This document shows positions 57,167 to 64,000 of a stretch of 64,000 bases of DNA, one piece after another. A program made the translations under genes and the position numbers. Below the pieces are notes generated by a model. It worked only from the letters and a program-made list of their open reading frames with translations. It did no database searches and was not told the origin of the DNA. This DNA is from a virus, in IMG/VR virus record IMGVR_UViG_3300046514_000858, positions 1 through 64,000 of that record. One strand, given 5' to 3'. Each line of letters starts with the position of its first letter. The stretch's first letter is position 1.

Positions 57167-57583
57167 ATGGAAACCGCCAAAGAGACCCCCACCTCCGAGC
57201 TGCGCGAAATGGCCAAGGGCAGTCTCGTGACCGCTCCGGTCGTCAAGGATCGCGACGGCAAGGATTGGACCCTCCTTCCCCTCGACCTCTCCGATATCGT
57301 CGACTACGAAGAGTCGGTCGGTGATTCGCTGTTCAGCGAGTCGCTCGGACAGATCAAGGCCAAGAACATCATGTTTCTGATGTACCTCTCGCTCCGCAAG
57401 ACCGGCTGCAGCGATGCCGATCTGGAAGCGAAGAAGTACGCCTTCCCCGGCTACCGCGCCTTCCTCCGCCGGTTCAACGTCGGAGCGTTCGTGGAGTCGG
57501 TCACGGCCCTGCCCGCGCTCCTGCAGATGTCGGGGCTGGATCAGGAGAAGAGTGCCGCAAACCCTCAGAAGGCGGACCAGTAA
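57167..57583 (+). CDS. tail assembly chaperone (gpG-like)
   Basis: Between tail tube and tape measure genes. Confidence 0.7.
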   Translation: METAKETPTSELREMAKGSLVTAPVVKDRDGKDWTLLPLDLSDIVDYEESVGDSLFSESLGQIKAKNIMFLMYLSLRKTGCSDADLEAKKYAFPGYRAFLRRFNVGAFVESVTALPALLQMSGLDQEKSAANPQKADQ

Positions 57584-57813
57584 AGCGGCGGCGCAAACTC
57601 AGGGACGCCACCATCGACTGGTTCGCCCTCTACAAGGGCCTCCGCAACGAACACATCGTTACGTCGCGCAGCGAGTTTATGCGACTGAACATCGGACAGA
57701 TCCGCTTCTTCCTCCGTAAGCAGGACGAGCAGGCGGCGCTGAAGAAGAAGTCCAAGGAGCTGAACGACAAGCTGAAGGCGCAGGAGGCTGCGCGTAAGAA
57801 GCTGGACACATAA
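57559..57813 (+). CDS. -1 frameshift extension of the tail chaperone (gpGT-like)
   Basis: A-AAC-CCT X-XXY-YYZ heptamer at 57559-57565; -1 frame open to TAA 57811-57813. Confidence 0.65.
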   Translation, partial: KPSEGGPVKRRRKLRDATIDWFALYKGLRNEHIVTSRSEFMRLNIGQIRFFLRKQDEQAALKKKSKELNDKLKAQEAARKKLDT

Positions 57814-57814
57814 G

Positions 57815-60316
57815 ATGGGCGTAACGAACGAACAGGTCCTGACCGCGGTCCTTCGCATGCGCGACGAGCTGTCGCCGGGCATGAAGAAGGCTCAGCAGGC
57901 GACCAGCGATTTCGACAAGACGATGGGCGGCGTCAAGAAGACGCTCATCACCCTCGGAACCATACTGGCCGGGCTACAGGTCGCCCAGTTCATCAAGAGC
58001 ATCATCAACACCGCCAGCGAGCTCGAAAAGCTGTCGAAGCAGACGGGCGTCTCCACCACCAACCTGCAGAAGATCGCCGCGTCCGCCAAGTCCGCGGGCG
58101 GGGACATTCAAGACGTCGCGATGGGCTTCCGCACGCTCAGCATCAACGCCCAGCAGGCCGCCGCGGGCAATGATGTGGCGCGGGCTAAGTTCGAAGGTCT
58201 CGGCATCAGCATTCGTGACGCCAGCGGCAAACTCAAGAGCGCCGAGATTCTCTTCGGTGAGGTCGCGGATGTCATCCACGACACCGAGAGCTCGACCCTG
58301 CGCATGACCATCGCTCAAGAGCTGTTCGGACACTCTGCCCTGCGCCTCCTCCCGACACTCGAACAGGGCCGGGATGGTCTGTACGCTGTCGGCGATGCAG
58401 CGGAGCGGTTCGGCGGGATCCTGAGCAAGGACTCGGTCAAGGCCCTCGACGATTTCGGGAATCAACTCACCGCGACCAAGGATGTCATGACGGCGGTGAT
58501 CGGCAACTGGCTGGTCCAGTCGGGCGTCACCGTGCCCGCGATCATCGACCTGTTCGGCAAGCTGGTGCAGGGCGTGCAGGGCGTCATGCTGGGCTGGAAG
58601 ATCATTTTCAATTCCGCGTGGCAGACGATCAAGTTCTTCGCCAACGCGGTCAATGATATCCTGACCGGCATTGTCACGACCATCGCGGTCTTTCTCGCCA
58701 AAGCCCTGCATCCTATGACCGAGTTCGCCAAGACTCTGCTCCAGTGGTTCGGCAAATACCTGCCGGATGGCATCAAGGATACCCTCGGCGGCCTGATTTC
58801 CTTCGCCGACAACCTTGCGGGCAAGGGACTCGTCGATCCGCTGCAGGAGACTATCTCCAAGATCGACAAAGGTTGGGAGCAGCTCGGCACGAACGTCGAC
58901 AAGTACAACAACGAGACCGCGGCGAACACCGTCGAAAAGGTCGACCTGACCCTCAACAAGCTCGAAGAGCTCAAGGCCGCCATCGGAGCGGTCAGCGGCA
59001 CGGCTAAGAAGGCCGCCGCCACGCCTGTTCTGAGTGCTTCGGCCGCGCTCGACGATCTCCTCCGTCTCGGCGGCGAGGCGACAAACGCCGGACCGAACGG
59101 CAAGGTCTCGGATGCAGAGCGCGAGATCCGCATGAAGGAAGCCTCTCTGCGGAGCAAGCTGCAGGCTTTTCAGGAGGAAACCGGCATCAAGGTCACCACC
59201 GAACAGCTCCGCCAACTCGCTATCGCGGCGCAGCAGGGCGATGAGTCGCTCAAGAAGATGCTGGACGACATCAAGCGGATGGCGGAGGCCGACCCGTTCA
59301 CCGGTTTCGAGCTGGCGATCTACGATCTGTCGAAGGCGTCCTACTCCTTCCGCGACGCGTGGACGGGGATTTTCAATGACCTGAAGTCTGGCTTCTCGGA
59401 CATGTTCGCCAACGCCATCGAGGGCACGGACAGCTTCTCGAACGGCTTCAAGAAGGCGATGAAGTCCCTTAAGCACGACCTGATCAAAATGTTCACGGAC
59501 TTCGCCACATCGTCGCTGTTCCAGTCGGCGGGCGGCGGCCTCCTCGGAATGCTGGGCCTCGGCGGGGGCGTGAGCGGAGCTCCGGGATCCACGACCGGCC
59601 CCGGCAGCAACAACATGGCGCAGCAGGGCACGAACATCGCCGGGCAGGCGCTCTCCTCCGGCGGCGTGACCATGTCCAACTTCACCACCGCTCTGGGCGG
59701 GGTCGGCATGAGCGCGGGATCGCTCGGTGCGGTGGCCGGGCTCGGCGCGGCCGGTACTGCGCTGGCGGTGAGCGGCGTCTCGAACGGCAACGTCACACAG
59801 GGCACGGTCGGCGGCATCGTGGCGGGCGCGAGCATGGGCGCTATCGTGGGATCCATCATCCCGGGCCTCGGCACCGTGGCGGGCGCGGTCATCGGTGGCA
59901 TCATCGGCGGCGTCACGGGCTACCTCGGCTCCAGCCGCAAGAAGCGCAAGAAGGCGCGCGAGGCCGCCCGGCACGCGGCGGAGGCGCTGGCCGCCTACAA
60001 CGCTGCCATCGCCAAGGCCCGCGTCGTCCTGAAGCAGGACATCCGGAATAAGATGGGCGGCGGGCTGGCGACCGAGGAAGCGGCCTCCGACTACGGGCGG
60101 CTCTTCTCCGGTGACCTCTCGGCCGACGAGATCATGGCCTTCGGCGATCCCGCCGCGGTGGCCGCGAAGGCGTCCGAGGTGAACCGGCAGACCAACGTCA
60201 ACGCGCCCATCACGGTGAACGCGCAGATCACAGGCTCGTACGACGTTGCCGTTCTCGCGCAGGAGCTGAGCTACCATCTGCAGAATCAGATGGGCGGTTC
60301 GGCGGGAGGCATCTGA
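57815..60316 (+). CDS. tape measure protein
   Basis: 833 aa, Ala/Gly-rich helical; LRMRDELS, LS..TG.S...LQ, F..LGI. Confidence 0.88.
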   Translation: MGVTNEQVLTAVLRMRDELSPGMKKAQQATSDFDKTMGGVKKTLITLGTILAGLQVAQFIKSIINTASELEKLSKQTGVSTTNLQKIAASAKSAGGDIQDVAMGFRTLSINAQQAAAGNDVARAKFEGLGISIRDASGKLKSAEILFGEVADVIHDTESSTLRMTIAQELFGHSALRLLPTLEQGRDGLYAVGDAAERFGGILSKDSVKALDDFGNQLTATKDVMTAVIGNWLVQSGVTVPAIIDLFGKLVQGVQGVMLGWKIIFNSAWQTIKFFANAVNDILTGIVTTIAVFLAKALHPMTEFAKTLLQWFGKYLPDGIKDTLGGLISFADNLAGKGLVDPLQETISKIDKGWEQLGTNVDKYNNETAANTVEKVDLTLNKLEELKAAIGAVSGTAKKAAATPVLSASAALDDLLRLGGEATNAGPNGKVSDAEREIRMKEASLRSKLQAFQEETGIKVTTEQLRQLAIAAQQGDESLKKMLDDIKRMAEADPFTGFELAIYDLSKASYSFRDAWTGIFNDLKSGFSDMFANAIEGTDSFSNGFKKAMKSLKHDLIKMFTDFATSSLFQSAGGGLLGMLGLGGGVSGAPGSTTGPGSNNMAQQGTNIAGQALSSGGVTMSNFTTALGGVGMSAGSLGAVAGLGAAGTALAVSGVSNGNVTQGTVGGIVAGASMGAIVGSIIPGLGTVAGAVIGGIIGGVTGYLGSSRKKRKKAREAARHAAEALAAYNAAIAKARVVLKQDIRNKMGGGLATEEAASDYGRLFSGDLSADEIMAFGDPAAVAAKASEVNRQTNVNAPITVNAQITGSYDVAVLAQELSYHLQNQMGGSAGGI

Positions 60317-61089
60317 TGGCCACTCCTTCGATCAAGTTCGATAGCGTCGACCTCGCCGAGTACATCGCGACGTGGGGCGAGAACGCCAACGCCCGCATCA
60401 ACGCCGTCACGGTCCCCCGGCGGCACGGTGCCCTCATCACGGAATCCGTGGTCGAGGACGCCCGGACCATCAACGTCGCGGGCCGGATCTCCGCCGACAC
60501 CGCCTCGGGCCTGCGCGATCTGCTGGACGCTCTGTCCGAGCTCTTCACGCGCCGCGGCAAGCGTCTGCAGCTCTGGGACGACCGGTACATCGTGGCCTAC
60601 AAGGCGACCTTTGCCTTCGCGTACGTGGTCGGCTCGGCCCTGCGGGCGGTCGACTTCACGCTCCAGTTCTTCTGCCCCGACCCGTTCTGGTACGGCACCT
60701 CGGCAGAGACCACGAACTACGACCTGACCGAGGCCGACGTCCCGCTCGACATCACCAACAACAAGTACCGCCGGACGATCACGATCAACAACCCCGGCAG
60801 CGCCTACATCTTCCCGCTCATCACGGTCACGACCGGCCTTGAGCCCCTGACCACGATTGTGGTGCGGAACATCACCAGCGGCCGGTATTTCGTGTACACC
60901 GGGACGCTTCCCATCGGCAAGGCGCTCGTGATCGACATGGCCAATTTCACGGTCAACAACGACGGCGTCGAGGACCTGACCAACTTTCAGGGCGACTTCT
61001 TTGCCCTCCAGCCGGGGGACAACGAGATCCAGATCGAGGGCACCGCCCCGGCCAACTACCAGTTCGACTACCCCATCCGGTACAACTGA
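60316..61089 (+). CDS. distal tail protein (Dit)
   Basis: VP.RHG...F.CPDPFWY...NPGS...P.I...GDFF.LQPG.N.I. Confidence 0.8.
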   Translation: MATPSIKFDSVDLAEYIATWGENANARINAVTVPRRHGALITESVVEDARTINVAGRISADTASGLRDLLDALSELFTRRGKRLQLWDDRYIVAYKATFAFAYVVGSALRAVDFTLQFFCPDPFWYGTSAETTNYDLTEADVPLDITNNKYRRTITINNPGSAYIFPLITVTTGLEPLTTIVVRNITSGRYFVYTGTLPIGKALVIDMANFTVNNDGVEDLTNFQGDFFALQPGDNEIQIEGTAPANYQFDYPIRYN

Positions 61090-61766
61090 TGAACCGGGAG
61101 GACTTCCTCTTCCCGGCCGGTACCGTCGCCGCCCGGCCCCGGCGGAGGGGTCTGGCCCGTATGATGGTGCTGGACCGCGCCACGGGCGATTTAACGCATC
61201 GTACGGTCCAAAACCTCCCAGAGTACCTTTCCGGCTGGGAAACGTGGGCAAACGCCTCCTACGCAGCGCAGCACCCCAATCCAGAGCTGCACCCCCTCTA
61301 CGCCGCCGTTCCGGGGTCCCACGCCACCCCCAGCGCCGGGATCCCCCTGCCCGAGGATGTGGTCAAACGGCTGGAAATCAAGACGTTCACTCTCCACATC
61401 GGCGGTCCAAGAGATCAGCCGGACATTCGCCAAGGATTCAAGACCGGGGTGGGCTGGCGGGAATGGTACCAAATTCCCGCCCCGCCCAAGACCCCGGTCG
61501 CTGCCATCGGAACGACGGCGGTCAAGGCCATGGAGACGTGGGCTCGAACCGGCCAGCTTGAAGGCTGGAGCGACCTCTTCATCCAGCCCCCCTTCGAGTT
61601 CAAGGCTGTCGGGAAGCTGCTGACGAATTGGCACTTTCCCGGCGAGCCGCTGCTGGCGCTGACCTGCGCCTTCGGCGGATATGAATTTGTGCGTGAGGCA
61701 TACGAGGCGGCTGTGGCCGAGAAGTATCTCTTCTCCTGCTACGGCGACCGCCTCCTGATCATCTGA
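61089..61766 (+). CDS. QueA-like SAM ribosyltransferase homologue lacking the inserted beta-barrel domain
   Basis: RMMVLDR..G...H, YA..PGS.A.PSAG, TLHIG, AIGTT.V.A.E, LFI.P, L.TNWHFP, AY..A....Y.F..YGD..LI. Confidence 0.8.
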   Translation: MNREDFLFPAGTVAARPRRRGLARMMVLDRATGDLTHRTVQNLPEYLSGWETWANASYAAQHPNPELHPLYAAVPGSHATPSAGIPLPEDVVKRLEIKTFTLHIGGPRDQPDIRQGFKTGVGWREWYQIPAPPKTPVAAIGTTAVKAMETWARTGQLEGWSDLFIQPPFEFKAVGKLLTNWHFPGEPLLALTCAFGGYEFVREAYEAAVAEKYLFSCYGDRLLII

Positions 61767-64000
61767 TGAGTTGCACGGGTCCGGCCCCGACCTTCGCGGA
61801 TATCGGCGATTGGGTCCTCTCTCACGACGGATCCGGTTGCGAGAACACCGCCACCATCCACGTCAACGCCGAGTGCGGCTCGTCCGGCTACACCGTCAAG
61901 CTCATCCGCACCATCGACGGATCCGACACGACGGTCTACACGGCCTCCATCCCCAACGGACCTTTGACGGCGATGGCGTTCTCGTACGAGGACCTTCCGC
62001 CGTGCGGGCACAAGACCATCGAATACCGCTGGGAGATCCAGTGCGACGGCGTCCTGCAGTCGACCAGCTACAACATGTCGACGGATCAGGGTGGCGGCCA
62101 GACCCTGACCGGGCACACGATCAATGTCTCCTCGTGCGAGGCCACCGACCAGATCCGGGTGCAGCAGAATTGCGGCAACTGCGCGGCCACCCTCAAGCTC
62201 TATCGGTCGGCCATCAACTCCTCGGTCACCTTCGATCCGGGCGAGGTGATTTACACGGTTTCCGTCGGCGCGGGCGTGACCGACCAGACGTACTCGTACG
62301 GCGACACTCCGACCTGCGGCTACGGCCAGTACCACTACCAGTGGCGGCTCACGCCGTCCGATGACGCGGCGATCACGTCGGACGAGCAGACGTACGATCA
62401 GGAAACCGCCCCGACAGTCGACGGCTTCACGCTGACCCCCGCAGGTTGCGACAACGTTGCCAGCGTCCACGTTCTCCAACCCTGCGGCCGGTGCGGTGCG
62501 ATCCTGAAACTATACCGCCACTTCAACGGCTCGGTGGCCTTCAGTCCCGACGAAGTCATCCACACGGAAGATGTGCCGCAGGGATTCTCCGATGCCACGT
62601 ACAGCTACACCGACACGCCCTCTTGCGGTAAGGGAACGTGGCACTACGCGTGGAAGCTGGAATGGGACAACGGCTCGACCGGCGTCGCGGAGCTCACGGC
62701 CGATGGCGCGCTCCCGGCAACCCTCGTCGATCACGAGATCGCCAAAGACGCCGAGTGCAACATCACCAACAAGATCAAGGTCACGAATCCCTGCCTCGCG
62801 TGCGCGGGCACGATCAAGCTCTATCGGAAGCTCAACTCCGCGCCCGCGGGCGTGCCGGGCGAGCTGATCTATACCGACGCCGTCCCGGCGGGGCTGATCG
62901 TCCACAAGCAGTACATCTACACCGAGCATCCGGGAGACGGGCACTGGTACTACGAGTGGTCGGTCGTGGATGTGGACGGCAACGTCGACGACACGCTGCC
63001 TCCCAAGGACATCACGGTCGACTGCACGGTCTACGTTCCCGCCCGGGTCACGCTGCCTTCGGATGCGTTCGAGAAGCAGGTCGTGCTCGTGCAGGTCACG
63101 GGATCCCCCGCGGGCGGGCTGATCTTCACCGACAAGCAGATTCTCAATCTCGCCGAGCAGCGGCTGGAGTGGTGGTACCACAAGAACGGCGGCTGTGCCT
63201 ACTTCCGGATCCTGACCCACGAGTTCCTCGACGGCGCGGACTTCACCGACGCGATGGATGAGTCGTGGGAGGTCCACGTCCGCATCAAGCTGGGCGGCGA
63301 GGACACGTACACGACGTGGTACCGCGGCGTCATCCGATCCATCAAGCAGCAGGAACAGGGCACCGACCTCTACATGGACGTCCGCGGCTACGGCTACGTC
63401 GAGATGCTCAACAACATCATGGTCCAGCGGGAGTATCCCGTGGGCATGACGGTCAAAGAGATCGTCGACGACATCATCGACAAGGACGTCCGGCCGTGGA
63501 CTCGCATCGTCCGGCCGAGCGACATCGACGTCACGAACGGCGACAGCGGCGTCGATCCGTCCGGCTATGCCATCAAAGACCGCGTCCACTTCGAGTGCTC
63601 CGCCCTCACCGCGATCAAGTTCCTCGCCGAGCTGCAGGGCGACCGTGAATGGGGAGTTGACGCCCTCCGGCGCTTCTACTTCCGGGCCAACAACTCGGAT
63701 GTCGTGGCCAACTTCTTCCTGCTGAAGGACGTCATCGACCGCGTCGCGGGCGGCAAGATCCTCGGCCAGACCAACAGCTACAAGATGGCGGGCAAGTCCT
63801 TCGGCGCACGCGACTATCTCAAGGTGCGCGCGGACGTGACGGACGCCACCGCCGTGGGCCGCCGCGAGAAGGCAGTCGAGCTGCCGTGGCTGGAGGGCGA
63901 CCTCGACGCCAGCCGCTGGGCCGACAACATCATCGGCATCAATCGGGGTGGGCAGCAGTGGGCCGTCATCACGAAGAAGCACGTCACCCAGCGCCTCGAC
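61766..64000 (+). CDS. baseplate hub/Tal-like protein with four N-terminal Cys-rich Ig/FN3-like repeats (runs off the window; absent from the ORF track)
   Basis: ATG at 61766 (TGATG); four ~100-aa repeats C...C(xxC)...KL(Y/I)R...Y.D.P.CG...Y.W, then NGGCAYF...WYRG.I...GYGY...L hub-like region. Confidence 0.7.
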   Translation, partial: MSCTGPAPTFADIGDWVLSHDGSGCENTATIHVNAECGSSGYTVKLIRTIDGSDTTVYTASIPNGPLTAMAFSYEDLPPCGHKTIEYRWEIQCDGVLQSTSYNMSTDQGGGQTLTGHTINVSSCEATDQIRVQQNCGNCAATLKLYRSAINSSVTFDPGEVIYTVSVGAGVTDQTYSYGDTPTCGYGQYHYQWRLTPSDDAAITSDEQTYDQETAPTVDGFTLTPAGCDNVASVHVLQPCGRCGAILKLYRHFNGSVAFSPDEVIHTEDVPQGFSDATYSYTDTPSCGKGTWHYAWKLEWDNGSTGVAELTADGALPATLVDHEIAKDAECNITNKIKVTNPCLACAGTIKLYRKLNSAPAGVPGELIYTDAVPAGLIVHKQYIYTEHPGDGHWYYEWSVVDVDGNVDDTLPPKDITVDCTVYVPARVTLPSDAFEKQVVLVQVTGSPAGGLIFTDKQILNLAEQRLEWWYHKNGGCAYFRILTHEFLDGADFTDAMDESWEVHVRIKLGGEDTYTTWYRGVIRSIKQQEQGTDLYMDVRGYGYVEMLNNIMVQREYPVGMTVKEIVDDIIDKDVRPWTRIVRPSDIDVTNGDSGVDPSGYAIKDRVHFECSALTAIKFLAELQGDREWGVDALRRFYFRANNSDVVANFFLLKDVIDRVAGGKILGQTNSYKMAGKSFGARDYLKVRADVTDATAVGRREKAVELPWLEGDLDASRWADNIIGINRGGQQWAVITKKHVTQRLD

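Noticed and set aside
176-63982. Long antisense and alternate-frame ORFs in the track (e.g. 176-1357, 47664-49232, 51703-53175, 57974-60277, 62510-63982)
   Set aside because: Shadows of high-GC3 genes on the other strand or frame; no RBS, promoter motif or recognisable domains
1-64000. Alternative genetic code or stop-codon reassignment
   Set aside because: Core genes are full-length under the standard code and TAA, TAG and TGA all terminate genes

Overview
This window is a 64-kb slice of a large, GC-rich tailed-phage genome with siphovirus-type tail genes. It has four parts. (i) 0-8 kb is a recombination/replication block: UvsY-like fragment, gp32-like SSB, RecA/UvsX, SbcD, SbcC, Holliday-junction resolvase, sigma-like factor and a Mor-like protein. 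(ii) 8-44 kb holds many small accessory and host-takeover genes. (iii) 44.9-56 kb holds TerL, a portal-MuF fusion, an XkdF-like protease, a scaffold, the HK97-fold capsid and neck genes. (iv) 56-64 kb holds the tail tube, a frameshifted chaperone, tape measure, Dit, a QueA-like gene and a Cys/Ig-repeat baseplate protein that runs off the window end. Reading the intergenic DNA by eye shows three promoter-like classes: about 20 ECF-sigma-type TGWHAY-N16-CGTC sites (inferred early), about 14 RTWWY-N13-CGTTCYT sites mostly giving leaderless starts (inferred middle), and about 15 GTCCAAG-N4-YR sites before morphogenesis genes (inferred late). The best candidate for an undescribed system is a pair of stand-alone toxin-immunity cassettes far from the head module: an Arg-type ADP-ribosyltransferase (10.7 kb) and an Apk2/Tas1-like alarmone synthetase (37 kb). 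Both sit behind the late motif and share the N-terminal leader F-D-x-P-F-x-K|G-x3-SGNxGHxGRxGxxGGSAPG. Its PFxK element recurs at the portal-MuF junction, which suggests protease-matured, virion-packaged effectors. An early-class alarmone hydrolase could act as the counter-enzyme. Other candidates are a putative anti-Shine-Dalgarno sRNA, a 216-nt structured element closed by a 21-bp perfect inverted repeat, a non-canonical tRNA-like RNA, a barrel-less QueA homologue in the tail operon and late glycan-modifying enzymes. All family calls come from motif recognition by eye; no database searches were run.
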